The notes beneath the pieces are model-generated. The model worked only from the letters and a program-made list of their open reading frames with translations, was not told the DNA's origin and made no database searches. A stretch of 64,000 nucleotides of DNA, taken from sequence record MT682709.1; one strand, given 5' to 3'. This DNA comes from Escherichia phage vB_EcoM_SP1. A program made the position numbers and the translations under genes. Below are positions 28,880 through 38,361 of this stretch, in pieces (position 1 is the stretch's first letter; each line of letters begins with the position of its first letter).

Positions 28880-28890
28880 AGGAGAATCCA

Positions 28891-29343
28891 ATGGCATATT
28901 CTGGAAAATGGGTTCCTAAAAATATATCAAAATATAGAGGTGACCCTAAAAAAATTACGTATAGATCAAATTGGGAAAAATTCTTTTTTGAATGGTTAGA
29001 TAAAAATCCAGAAATTATTGCATGGGGTAGTGAAACAGCAGTAATTCCTTATTTTTGTAATGCAGAAGGGAAAAAACGTAGATACTTCATGGATATTTGG
29101 ATGAAAGATTCTTCTGGACAAGAATTTTTTATTGAAATAAAGCCTAAAAAAGAAACACAACCACCAGTTAAACCAGCACATCTAACAACCGCAGCGAAGA
29201 AAAGATTTATGAATGAAATTTATACATATTCCGTTAATACTGACAAATGGAAAGCAGCGCAAGCTTTAGCTGAAAAGCGCGGAATAAAATTTAGAATTCT
29301 AACAGAAGATGGATTACGAGCTCTTGGCTTTAAGGGGGCATAA
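28891..29343 (+). CDS. 4: head completion protein gp4
   Basis: 150 aa, T4 order. Confidence 0.85.
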   Translation: MAYSGKWVPKNISKYRGDPKKITYRSNWEKFFFEWLDKNPEIIAWGSETAVIPYFCNAEGKKRRYFMDIWMKDSSGQEFFIEIKPKKETQPPVKPAHLTTAAKKRFMNEIYTYSVNTDKWKAAQALAEKRGIKFRILTEDGLRALGFKGA

Positions 29344-30167
29344 TGGCTATTTTTCAAATAATTAATGAAAGCACTCCCCAAGTTCCAAAGGTTAAGCAAT
29401 CATTAAACGAAAAGAAATGGATTCAGATAGGTCTTGAATACAAAAAGGCCAAAGCAAAAGGAATGACAGGAAAACAATTTGCTGAAGAAAGAGGAATCAA
29501 ATACTCTACGTTTACTTCGGCAATGTCAAAATATGCTTCAGGAATTAAAACGGCTGAAAAGATTCAAAAGCTTGAATCAAAACCAATGAATAAACTCAAT
29601 AAGCAAGAAAGACAACTGCTTATGATAAATTCATTCAGACAAACATTGCGTGATAAAATTCGTAATGAAGGCGCAGCAATTAATAATAAAACCAGAAAGT
29701 GGTTTGCTGAAACTATTAAGCAAGTAAAAGGACATAAAGTTGTTCGCCCGCAGCCGGGACGAATATATGCTTTTGCTTACGATGCTAAACACAAAGAAAC
29801 TCTTCCTTATTGGGATAAATTTCCTTTGATAATTTACCTTGGTTTAGGTAAACATAATTTAATGTATGGATTGAACTTGCACTATATTCCACCTAAAGCT
29901 CGTCAACAGTTTCTAGAAGAGCTTTTAAAGCAATATTCAAATACACCTACTATTACTAATAAAACGAAATTAAAAATTGATTGGAGTCAAGTGAAAGGAT
30001 TTAGAGGTGCAGACCAAATGATTAAGGCATATATACCTGGTAATATTATGGGTAGCCTTGTTGAAATCGCCCCGAAAGACTGGGCGAACGTTGTGTTAAT
30101 GCCACTTCAGCAGTTCGTTTCAAAAGGAAAACGTTTCTCTGCAAACAAAGTCTGGTCAAATATCTAA
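29343..30167 (+). CDS. 2: DNA end protector protein gp2
   Basis: 274 aa, T4 order. Confidence 0.85.
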   Translation: MAIFQIINESTPQVPKVKQSLNEKKWIQIGLEYKKAKAKGMTGKQFAEERGIKYSTFTSAMSKYASGIKTAEKIQKLESKPMNKLNKQERQLLMINSFRQTLRDKIRNEGAAINNKTRKWFAETIKQVKGHKVVRPQPGRIYAFAYDAKHKETLPYWDKFPLIIYLGLGKHNLMYGLNLHYIPPKARQQFLEELLKQYSNTPTITNKTKLKIDWSQVKGFRGADQMIKAYIPGNIMGSLVEIAPKDWANVVLMPLQQFVSKGKRFSANKVWSNI

Positions 30168-30273
30168 TTCTATTATCTTCCATTCTTTTCTATTGTTTGT
30201 TCTAATTGGAATTGAATGGAAGGGACTTAGACCCATTATACCACCAACATTTATAAAGCATTATGAGGAATAT

Positions 30274-30804
30274 ATGTCGCAAGCACTACAACAAATTTTT
30301 AACCAAGCAAATACAACTAACTTTGTAGTATCAATACCGCATAGTAATACTACATCTGCTTTTACTTTAAATGCTCAGTCAGTTCCTATTCCAGGAATTA
30401 GAATACCTGTTACTGATACCGTGACTGGGCCGTTTGGACTAGGCAGAGCGCAACGTCCAGGAGTTACATTTGAGTACGATCCACTCATCGTGAGATTTAT
30501 AGTTGATGAAGAGCTTAAGTCGTGGATAGGAATGTATGAATGGATGCTAGGAACTAGTAACTATCTTACAGGCGAAAATACTGCCCAAAAAACAGGTCCT
30601 GAATACATTACGCTTTACATTTTAGATAATAGTAAAACTGAAATCGTGATGTCAATAAATTTTTATAAGCCTTGGGTTTCTGACCTGTCTGAAGTAGAAT
30701 TTAGCTACACGGAAGATTCAGACCCAGCTTTAGTATGTACAGCAACGATTCCTTATACGTATTTTCAAGTAGAAAAAGATGGCAAAATTATAGCAGAAGT
30801 TTAA
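30274..30804 (+). CDS. 3: tail completion / tube terminator protein gp3
   Basis: 176 aa from internal ATG (MSQALQQIFNQ); the track ORF starts 27 codons upstream. Confidence 0.8.
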   Translation: MSQALQQIFNQANTTNFVVSIPHSNTTSAFTLNAQSVPIPGIRIPVTDTVTGPFGLGRAQRPGVTFEYDPLIVRFIVDEELKSWIGMYEWMLGTSNYLTGENTAQKTGPEYITLYILDNSKTEIVMSINFYKPWVSDLSEVEFSYTEDSDPALVCTATIPYTYFQVEKDGKIIAEV

Positions 30805-30828
30805 TGCTTCAGTTTCATGTGTTATAAT
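30803..30828 (+). promoter_or_regulatory. candidate MotA-dependent middle promoter for gene 1
   Basis: MotA-box-like aaTGCTTcA at 30803-30811 and TATAAT at 30823-30828. Confidence 0.4.
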
Positions 30829-30853
30829 CTTAACTAAATTTGAGGAGAAACAT

Positions 30854-31578
30854 ATGAAACTAATCTTTTTAAGTGGTGTAAAGCGTAGTGGAAAAGATAC
30901 TACTGCAGATTTTATCATGAATAATTATTCTGCAGTTAAATATCAACTTGCTGGTCCTATTAAAGATGCATTGGCTTATGCATGGGGTGTATTTGCAGCA
31001 AACACTGACTATCCTTGCTTAACTCGTAGAGAGTTTGAAGGAATTGACTATGATCGCGAGACTAATTTAAATCTGACTAAATTAGAAGTAATTACGATTA
31101 TGGAACAAGCATTTTGCTATCTTAATAGTAAAAGCCCAATTAAAGGCGTGTTTGTTTTTGATGACGAAGGAAAAGAATCAGTTAATTCCGTAGCATTTAA
31201 CAAGATTATTGACGTTATAAATAATATTGAAGACCAATGGTCAGTCCGTCGTCTGATGCAAGCCCTAGGTACGGATTTGATTGTTAATAACTTCGACCGC
31301 ATGTATTGGGTAAAATTATTTGCTTTAGATTATCTTGATAAATTTAACTCAGGTTATGATTATTATATCGTTCCTGATACTCGTCAAGATCATGAAATGG
31401 ATGCGGCTAGGGCGATGGGTGCTACAGTAATTCATGTAGTTCGTCCTGGTCAAAAATCCAATGATACTCATATTACAGAAGCTGGATTGCCAATTCGTGA
31501 TGGCGATTTAGTAATTACAAACGATGGTTCTCTTGAAGAACTTTTTTCTAAAATTAAAAATACACTAAAGGTACTATA

Positions 31579-31579
<1 letters not shown>
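30854..31579 (+). CDS. 1: deoxynucleoside monophosphate kinase gp1
   Basis: 241 aa, P-loop-like GVKRSGKDT, T4 gp1 size and position. Confidence 0.9.
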
Positions 31580-32264
<685 letters not shown>

Positions 32265-32276
32265 TTTCACAAAGTT

Positions 32277-32306
32277 ATTTACACGGGGTTTTAGTAGTGA
32301 TACTAT
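32277..32306 (+). promoter_or_regulatory. early promoter (-35 ATTTAC, extended -10 TGaTACTAT)
   Basis: 18-bp spacing between elements. Confidence 0.55.
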
Positions 32307-32342
32307 TACCCTATCAAAACAAATGAGTGATTGGAGAATAAA

Positions 32343-32615
32343 ATGAAAACATTTAAAGAATTTATCAATGAAGCTACTTTTAACGAAAAAGTAAAAATTA
32401 GCAAAGCTGTCAAGACTTTGATTGCTGACATCAATTACCTATATGATATTGATTTAACTGACTATGTAACAGTTGGTAACAAACGTAACTTTTTCGTGTT
32501 TGACATCTCTGAACTTGACCAGAATCAAATTAACAACATTGAGCGTTTTGCTAATGATAAGGGTCTTCGTCATGAGTCAGCGGGTTATAAAAAATACGCA
32601 ATTTATTTAAAATGA
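32343..32615 (+). CDS. internal-protein-like ORF with capsid-targeting sequence (MKTFKEFINE/A)
   Basis: N-terminal CTS with a gp21-type (I/L)xE cleavage site; ATG 8 nt after GGAG; the track's TTG start discarded. Confidence 0.7.
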   Translation: MKTFKEFINEATFNEKVKISKAVKTLIADINYLYDIDLTDYVTVGNKRNFFVFDISELDQNQINNIERFANDKGLRHESAGYKKYAIYLK

Positions 32616-32645
32616 GTTTACTTTTAAATAGGGTTGTGGTACTAT
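32616..32645 (+). promoter_or_regulatory. early promoter (GTTTAC ... TACTAT)
   Basis: -35 GTTTAC 32616-32621, -10 TACTAT 32640-32645. Confidence 0.6.
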
Positions 32646-32675
32646 TATCTCATCAAAATTAATTAGGAAAATAAA

Positions 32676-32984
32676 ATGAAAACATTTAAAGAATTTATCA
32701 ATGAAGCGGCTGCACCAAAGACATTCGTTATTAATACTCAGACGAGTCTTGACGATGAGTATGCAGAGGCAATTCTGAAGTCACTTGCTAAGAACGGCGT
32801 TGAAGTAATCGCCTCGGACTTTAAGAAAGGGGCTTCCGAGATGTTTATTTCTATAACTAAAGGATCTAAAGCTAAAATCAAATCATCATTCGGTGTTGCT
32901 CGTACCGATCAAATCGACAATCATGACTTTAAACAAACTGGTGTTAAACGGCAGAACACAATTGCATCACGCGGAATAAAATAG
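32676..32984 (+). CDS. internal-protein-like ORF with capsid-targeting sequence (MKTFKEFINE/A)
   Basis: First 32 nt identical to the 32343 ORF, unrelated C-terminal part. Confidence 0.7.
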   Translation: MKTFKEFINEAAAPKTFVINTQTSLDDEYAEAILKSLAKNGVEVIASDFKKGASEMFISITKGSKAKIKSSFGVARTDQIDNHDFKQTGVKRQNTIASRGIK

Positions 32985-32994
32985 TTTATAAACC

Positions 32995-33024
32995 GTTTAC
33001 TTTTCGATGGGGTAGTGATATTAT
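32995..33024 (+). promoter_or_regulatory. early promoter (GTTTAC ... TATTAT)
   Basis: -35/-10 elements with 18-bp spacing. Confidence 0.55.
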
Positions 33025-33052
33025 TACCCTATCAACTACTGAGGAGAATAAA

Positions 33053-33235
33053 ATGAAACGTTGTGAATTAATTCGAAATGTTGCTATTGCAATTTCTGCT
33101 TCCGCTTTTAGTTTTTCAATGTTTGTTGGATTTATATGCGGATTATTAACTACAGCAGAAAATGTGTTTTCACTTGTAGTAGCATTTTTAATTGGTTTAA
33201 TTGCTATCGTTATGGATAAAATTTCTAAAGGTTAA
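33053..33235 (+). CDS. small hydrophobic membrane protein
   Basis: 60 aa, two predicted TM helices, GGAG RBS. Confidence 0.55.
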   Translation: MKRCELIRNVAIAISASAFSFSMFVGFICGLLTTAENVFSLVVAFLIGLIAIVMDKISKG

Positions 33236-33237
33236 TA

Positions 33238-33525
33238 ATGATTCTTTATGCGAAAGTATCGTCCGTTGAAAATGGATATAAATATGATCAAGATGCGGCT
33301 AAAGCCTTGATTGATGATTATGGCATTTTAACATGTTTTGAAGTTGAAAAGGTTTACATTGACCGTTCATCTTCTCAAGTTAAATTAGTAAAGGAAGACC
33401 GTAAATTTAATACAGTAAATTTTGATTTCTTTATCGAAACAGAAAAAGGTCCTCTTGAATATGATATTTTCAAGAATCCTTTGGGTCTTGAATGCATCGT
33501 AAACATGTATTATCATAAATGGTAA
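33238..33525 (+). CDS. hypothetical protein
   Basis: 95 aa ORF, coupled start (TAATG) with the upstream ORF. Confidence 0.55.
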   Translation: MILYAKVSSVENGYKYDQDAAKALIDDYGILTCFEVEKVYIDRSSSQVKLVKEDRKFNTVNFDFFIETEKGPLEYDIFKNPLGLECIVNMYYHKW

Positions 33526-33622
33526 ATATGCTTTAAGAATTATTTGTTATTATTAACTCATATCGCACTGATTAATACCCTCTATCATCAAGGGTTCTTG
33601 CTTGAGAGCCTTTGTTAATAAT

Positions 33623-33695
33623 TGGGAATTAGCCAAGTTGGTAAGGCACTGGATTTTGATTCCAGGATGCAAAGGTTCGAGTCCTTTATTCCCAG
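33623..33695 (+). tRNA. tRNA-Gln (anticodon TTG)
   Basis: Cloverleaf read by hand: acceptor TGGGAAT/ATTCCCA, anticodon loop TTTTGAT. Confidence 0.85.
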
Positions 33696-33696
33696 C

Positions 33697-33783
33697 GCGA
33701 GAATGGTCAAATTGGTAAAGGCACAGCACTTAAAATGCTGCGGAATGATTTCCTTGTGGGTTCGAGTCCCACTTCTCGCACCA
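33697..33783 (+). tRNA. tRNA-Leu (anticodon TAA), CCA encoded
   Basis: Acceptor GCGAGAA/TTCTCGC, anticodon loop CTTAAAA, long variable arm. Confidence 0.85.
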
Positions 33784-33788
33784 AATTT

Positions 33789-33862
<74 letters not shown>

Positions 33863-33872
33863 ATTTAATTTA

Positions 33873-33946
33873 CTCCGTGTAGCTCAGTTTGGTAGAGCGC
33901 CTGATTTGGGATCAGGAGGTCCAAGGTTCAAATCCTTGTATGGAGA
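33873..33946 (+). tRNA. tRNA-Pro (anticodon TGG)
   Basis: Anticodon loop TTTGGGA, T-arm GGTTCAAATCC. Confidence 0.85.
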
Positions 33947-33948
33947 CT

Positions 33949-34038
33949 GGAGGCGTGGCAGAGTGGTTTAATGCACCGGTCTTGAAAACCGGCAGTCGCT
34001 CCGGCGACTCATAGGTTCAAATCCTATCGCCTCCGCCA
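33949..34038 (+). tRNA. tRNA-Ser (anticodon TGA)
   Basis: Acceptor GGAGGCG/CGCCTCC, anticodon loop CTTGAAA, long variable arm. Confidence 0.85.
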
Positions 34039-34043
34039 GTTTT

Positions 34044-34119
34044 GTTGATTTAGCTCAGTAGGTAGAGCACCTCACTTGTAATGAGGACGTCGGCGGTTCG
34101 ATTCCGTCAATCAGCACCA
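34044..34119 (+). tRNA. tRNA-Thr (anticodon TGT)
   Basis: Acceptor GTTGATT/AATCAGC, anticodon loop CTTGTAA. Confidence 0.85.
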
Positions 34120-34120
34120 A

Positions 34121-34195
34121 GGCCCTGTAGCTGGAAGGTTCAAGCAAGCGACTCATAATCGCCAGATGGTGGTTCAATTCCACCCAGGGCCACCA
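34121..34195 (+). tRNA. tRNA-Ile (anticodon CAT, T4-type) or Met
   Basis: Acceptor GGCCCTG/CAGGGCC, anticodon loop CTCATAA. Confidence 0.75.
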
Positions 34196-34204
34196 AATTA
34201 ATTT

Positions 34205-34291
34205 GGGGAGTTATCCCGTAGAGGTAGCGGTGTGGACTGTAAATCCATTGTCATTGCGACTCGGGTGGTTCGACTCCATCACTCCCCACCA
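34205..34291 (+). tRNA. tRNA-Tyr (anticodon GTA), type II
   Basis: Acceptor GGGGAGT/ACTCCCC, anticodon loop CTGTAAA, long variable arm. Confidence 0.7.
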
Positions 34292-34295
34292 ATTT

Positions 34296-34370
34296 GGATG
34301 TGTAGCTCAATGGCAGAGCGATCGCCTGTTAAGCGATTGGTTATAGGTTCGAATCCTATCACGTCCGCCA
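34296..34370 (+). tRNA. tRNA-Asn (anticodon GTT)
   Basis: Acceptor GGATGTG/CACGTCC, anticodon loop CTGTTAA. Confidence 0.75.
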
Positions 34371-34374
34371 AATC

Positions 34375-34450
34375 CGAGGCATAGCTCAGAAGGAAGAGCA
34401 AGGACCTTCTAAGTCCTAGGTCGTAGGTTCGATCCCTACTGCCTCGACCA
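34375..34450 (+). tRNA. tRNA-Arg (anticodon TCT)
   Basis: Acceptor CGAGGCA/TGCCTCG, anticodon loop CTTCTAA. Confidence 0.75.
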
Positions 34451-34466
34451 ATTAAGTGAGGAAAAT

Positions 34467-34817
34467 ATGAAAGGTAATGTTTATTTAGTAGTTCATGATT
34501 TAACATTCTATTTTAATCATAATGACACTGTTATTTCTGAACGTGTAATTAATTTACTTTATCAGCATGCAGATTATGTTTATGTCGAAAACGAATACGG
34601 TCATTGGCAATTTCTCAAAAATCGTTCATTTGGTTTAGATGGTTACGAATACTTTGAACGTAAAGACCTTTTAGATAAAATTCCATTATCTACACAATAT
34701 CAAAATCACAAGTCTTTATATAAATGCCGTCCAATTCGAAATGCTGAATCTGCGTATGAAGTAATTGATTTATGGCGTAAACGTCGTGGACAGGTTGATG
34801 CTTTAAAAGAATACTAA
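34467..34817 (+). CDS. hypothetical protein
   Basis: 116 aa ORF with GAGGA RBS just after tRNA-Arg. Confidence 0.55.
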   Translation: MKGNVYLVVHDLTFYFNHNDTVISERVINLLYQHADYVYVENEYGHWQFLKNRSFGLDGYEYFERKDLLDKIPLSTQYQNHKSLYKCRPIRNAESAYEVIDLWRKRRGQVDALKEY

Positions 34818-35151
34818 GAAACCGGGTCGCTACCGGTAAGTCGTCGGACTGATGTTCCCTGGAGTATAGTTTCTCCCACAGTTTTACTGTGTTCTGATTC
34901 TTTACTATCACAGCAGAAACGGCGCACCAAATTATCGATTCGAGGAAATATCTTTGCCGTAAGCCGAGTAGCGTTTTTGACGGAACGTTCGGATATGGTC
35001 GAGATATGGCCTTTTAAAAATATTGAGTAGCGTCAACTACTTAATAACCGGGTTCAAATCCCGGCGTTTCGTACAAACACTTGCCTTAGCAGGTGGAACC
35101 CCGACAAGGTTGCCGCAAGGCTTAGCCCCAGCCGAAAGGTTGGGGCTTTTT
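34818..35151 (+). ncRNA. putative structured stable RNA with strong intrinsic terminator
   Basis: No ORF in about 330 nt; tRNA-like T-arm CCGGGTTCAAATCCCGG at 35048-35064; 9-bp hairpin with GAAA loop and T5 at 35125-35151. Confidence 0.4.
35125..35151 (+). terminator. intrinsic terminator
   Basis: GCCCCAGCC-gaaa-GGTTGGGGC followed by TTTTT. Confidence 0.8.
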
Positions 35152-35241
35152 AGTTTGAATCACTCGGATAACGCTGTTACGGATAATAACAAAGTAATAA
35201 ATAATTAATAACCAACTGATAGATTATTTCAAGGATTTTAA

Positions 35242-35805
35242 ATGAAAACTTATGCCGAATTTTTAACCGAAGCAGCAAAATTACCATCTGAAGCAGATCT
35301 TACTAAAGTATTCTTTCAATTAGACCCAAAAGACCGTGGCGATTTTCTTAAGTGGAAAGCTAAAGCTATTGAAATGTATAACATCGATAATAGTTCTTTT
35401 ACGATGAGTCAAGAAAATAAATTCAATAAAGCATTTTTCAAAATTTCTAAGAAATTGGCATCTGGCGCTCAGGTTCCTAAATCTGCATTAGCTACTCCTG
35501 AACGTGCACCTGTTAAAATTTCTAAGAATATGTTCGACACTAAAAAATACGTTAATGCTTTGAATAAAGCTCTTGATGCATTGGATGATGCAAAGAAGGC
35601 AGCCCGTGATCTTCAAGACGTGTACACTGATTTTGATCGTAAAACTAAAGGTTCTATTTCAAATAGCGAACGTAATAGTGTAAGTGTTTATTCTGATAGC
35701 CTTGATGTTCTTGGCGATGCGTATACTGAAATTAAAAATCGTATTAACACCGCATCTAAGCTAAAAGCTGCCGCAGAAGCTATAATAACTAAACTGGATA
35801 AATAA
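35242..35805 (+). CDS. internal-protein-like ORF with capsid-targeting sequence (MKTYAEFLTE/A)
   Basis: 187 aa; N-terminal CTS; lysine-rich helical body. Confidence 0.65.
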   Translation: MKTYAEFLTEAAKLPSEADLTKVFFQLDPKDRGDFLKWKAKAIEMYNIDNSSFTMSQENKFNKAFFKISKKLASGAQVPKSALATPERAPVKISKNMFDTKKYVNALNKALDALDDAKKAARDLQDVYTDFDRKTKGSISNSERNSVSVYSDSLDVLGDAYTEIKNRINTASKLKAAAEAIITKLDK

Positions 35806-35811
35806 TTTTAA

Positions 35812-35838
35812 AGCCCTATCTAAATGATAGGGCTTTTT
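35812..35838 (+). terminator. intrinsic terminator
   Basis: 9-bp stem AGCCCTATC/GATAGGGCT followed by TTTTT. Confidence 0.8.
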
Positions 35839-35971
35839 GGTATCTCGGCCTTTCTGGACCTCTCTAGGCATCATTTAGTTTCTACCCTTTATAATATATT
35901 ATCCTATCCTTTAATTGCCCCTTCCATCCCTAGAATTCCCTAAAACTTTTTAAAAATTTTTTCACAAAACT

Positions 35972-36001
35972 GTTTACATCCCTGTTCTTCCATGGTACTA
36001 T
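35972..36001 (+). promoter_or_regulatory. early promoter (GTTTAC ... TACTAT)
   Basis: 18-bp spacing; leader shared with the promoters at 52169 and 53608. Confidence 0.6.
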
Positions 36002-36044
36002 ATCAATATCAACTACTGATACAGAAAACAACTTGGAGAATGAA

Positions 36045-36308
36045 ATGGATAATTACGGCGAACTGTTCAACTTCTTTATGAAATGCGTTTCAGAAGATTT
36101 CGGTCGTACAGTTAATGATATTAAAGTTATCGGTCCTGACCATCCGATGTTTGAAACTTACGCAGTAATGGGTAATGAAGACGGTCAGTGGTATACTGTA
36201 AAAGTTGTGATTAACATGTTCACTGCTGAAGGTTATGTTAAACTGTCTTCTAAAGTTTACCATGATAACGACGAAATCGCAGAAGAATATTTCAATAATA
36301 TGAAATAA
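36045..36308 (+). CDS. hypothetical protein
   Basis: 87 aa from ATG 36045 after GGAG; the track ORF begins at a TTG. Confidence 0.55.
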   Translation: MDNYGELFNFFMKCVSEDFGRTVNDIKVIGPDHPMFETYAVMGNEDGQWYTVKVVINMFTAEGYVKLSSKVYHDNDEIAEEYFNNMK

Positions 36309-36338
36309 GTTTACACAGGCTCATGATTGAGATATTAT
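36309..36338 (+). promoter_or_regulatory. early promoter (GTTTAC ... TATTAT)
   Basis: -35/-10 with 18-bp spacing; overlaps an inverted repeat aggctcat/atgagcct. Confidence 0.5.
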
Positions 36339-36363
36339 GAGCCTATAATTTGAGGAAAATATT

Positions 36364-36699
36364 ATGAAACGTAACTTTAGCAAAGATTTTTGCAATAGAA
36401 ATGATTATCCTGAAGAGCTTTTTGAATCTAAGGACTTTAAAGAGTTTAATGAACGTTCTCAAAACATACCTGTACAATGGGTGTTAGATTATGCCAATCG
36501 TATCTTTGAAGGTGTGCGGGATATTTGTCCTGATGATGAAGCTCCTTATTTTAAAAAGGCTTGGGAACTCGCCAATCAAGCATATATCAATGCTTCAGAA
36601 TCTTATAAAGGTACTGACGACGATTTTATTTTACTGGCTATTAACGATGCCATTGTCGAGGCTATCAACGTCTTTATCGACGAGCTAGACGAAGAATAA
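36364..36699 (+). CDS. hypothetical acidic protein
   Basis: 111 aa ORF with RBS. Confidence 0.55.
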   Translation: MKRNFSKDFCNRNDYPEELFESKDFKEFNERSQNIPVQWVLDYANRIFEGVRDICPDDEAPYFKKAWELANQAYINASESYKGTDDDFILLAINDAIVEAINVFIDELDEE

Positions 36700-36729
36700 G
36701 TTTACAATCTATTAGAAACGTGATATTAT
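36700..36729 (+). promoter_or_regulatory. early promoter (GTTTAC ... TATTAT)
   Basis: -35 36700-36705, -10 36724-36729. Confidence 0.55.
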
Positions 36730-36756
36730 TTAATTATATCAACCTAAGGAAATACT

Positions 36757-37350
36757 ATGAACACACTGAAGAAAATTGTTGAGTTTATTCGCACTAAACT
36801 TGGTTCTGCTATGGCTAAAAATCTATCTGTTGAAGAACAGTATACTGCTGCAGCAGCAAAACTGCTTGATAAAATTAAAGATCTAAAAACTGCTTCTATT
36901 AAATCTATTAATGAAGAAAAACGTATTCGTGAACTTGTTATCGAAAAGAATCGACAAGCCGAATCAAAAGAGCGTGAAATTCGCAAGCTTCTTTCCGAGG
37001 GTCAAGATGTAACAATGCATGCTAAACTCGGTTTGCTATATCGTCGAACAGCTGAACAGTTGACTACTAAGGCTGATGGTTATGCTGAAATGCGAATTGA
37101 AATCGCCAAGAAAGTAGTTGAGTTAGATGATGCTCGCCAAGAACTTGCAGTTAAATTGGAATATATCCGTGAAACTCGTGCGGCAAATGCCCTTGGAATT
37201 AGTACTGCTGATGATGTAGTTGAAATCGCAGCGCTAACTAAGGTTGATATTGAAGATACTCTTGCTCGAGTTGAAACCTTTAACGGTAATATTTCTGGGG
37301 TTGAAACCACTTCTGCTGATGTTCAGGAATATATTAATTCTCTGAAATAA
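36757..37350 (+). CDS. coiled-coil protein (possibly PspA/IM30-like)
   Basis: 197 aa, heptad-rich; family assignment is weak pattern recognition only. Confidence 0.5.
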   Translation: MNTLKKIVEFIRTKLGSAMAKNLSVEEQYTAAAAKLLDKIKDLKTASIKSINEEKRIRELVIEKNRQAESKEREIRKLLSEGQDVTMHAKLGLLYRRTAEQLTTKADGYAEMRIEIAKKVVELDDARQELAVKLEYIRETRAANALGISTADDVVEIAALTKVDIEDTLARVETFNGNISGVETTSADVQEYINSLK

Positions 37351-37354
37351 TGAT

Positions 37355-37370
37355 AAGGGGCTTCGGCCCC
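37355..37370 (+). terminator. stem-loop (weak terminator)
   Basis: AGGGGC-ttcg-GCCCCT after the stop; poor T-run. Confidence 0.4.
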
Positions 37371-37391
37371 TATTACTTGGAGTAAATAGGA

Positions 37392-38000
37392 ATGAGAATG
37401 CAAAATGATTTCAATTCAATGTTTGAAGAGTTCCAAAGACAGGTTGATGTTCCAGACCAATTACTGAATGCTCTTAAACGTATGGCAGAAGGACGTAATT
37501 ACTATTGGGGGTCTTCATATGAAACTGATGAAAGTCTTTCTGGAAGATTTTATAGAGGTAAAAAGTCTTTAATACGCCCTGGAATACTCATTAAAAGTAT
37601 TGAATCAATTCATTCATTGACATGTGATTTTGATGTTGAATTTACTGATTTCATTTCTCCTGAATGGACAGTTTGTTATTTAAATGACGATTATGATTAT
37701 CTTGGCATTTATAGTTTAAGTGACGCGGGGTTTAGACGTAATTTACAAAAGTCAAATTTATTTTATATTGATACTACGGTAAAATTTCAGGGAAAGAAAT
37801 ATTTCTTTACTCTTATAGTTGACTCTGAAACAAAATATGAAAATAAGCGTATTCTTAGTAAAAAGAATATCTTGACTATTATTGATGATCTTTTTGATAA
37901 ATTCGTGGAAAATCCCAGTTTTGAAAGCGATTTATTACTAGAAAAATTTGTTAAGGAATGTAGAGAATATGTCAAAGCCATCACTATACCTTCCAAGTAA
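37392..38000 (+). CDS. hypothetical protein
   Basis: 202 aa; C-terminus KFVKECREY overlaps the RBS and start of the next gene. Confidence 0.55.
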   Translation: MRMQNDFNSMFEEFQRQVDVPDQLLNALKRMAEGRNYYWGSSYETDESLSGRFYRGKKSLIRPGILIKSIESIHSLTCDFDVEFTDFISPEWTVCYLNDDYDYLGIYSLSDAGFRRNLQKSNLFYIDTTVKFQGKKYFFTLIVDSETKYENKRILSKKNILTIIDDLFDKFVENPSFESDLLLEKFVKECREYVKAITIPSK

Positions 38001-38361
38001 ACCTTTGAAGTATGAACTAAAGCGCCAGATAATTTCTACCGATGTATTAATGGGTCCTGTGGTAGCTGTATCATTTGTGATTCTGCTGATTGCTGGAATG
38101 GTTATAGACGTTATGACTGATATTGAATCCGGTGTAATATTTGGAGCAACGTTAATTCTTCCATTAATAATTCCGCTTTTATTAGTACCTGTAAATTGGG
38201 TAGGATACTGGTATCAAGGAAGACATTATCGTAAACGTGTACGTGAATGGAAAGCTCAGTGTAAAAAGATTAAAAAGGAACACCAGCTTAAACTAGATAT
38301 GTATGAATTTAACGAAATTATGAAATTTGTTAAGGAATCACGATGCAAAAGCCAAAACTAA
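37969..38361 (+). CDS. small two-TM membrane protein (paralog family member)
   Basis: ATG 37969 inside the junction motif; the track ORF 37948 extends upstream. Confidence 0.5.
   Translation: MSKPSLYLPSKPLKYELKRQIISTDVLMGPVVAVSFVILLIAGMVIDVMTDIESGVIFGATLILPLIIPLLLVPVNWVGYWYQGRHYRKRVREWKAQCKKIKKEHQLKLDMYEFNEIMKFVKESRCKSQN

Noticed and set aside
32331-32342. Upstream TTG or GTG starts proposed by the ORF track (also at 36033, 40134, 48631, 48828, 52221, 54628)
   Set aside because: In each case an ATG with a GGAG-type RBS lies 12-45 nt downstream in frame; the alternative start codons are not needed.
34279-34506. 75-aa minus-strand ORF over tRNA-Asn and tRNA-Arg
   Set aside because: Antisense to two well-formed tRNAs.
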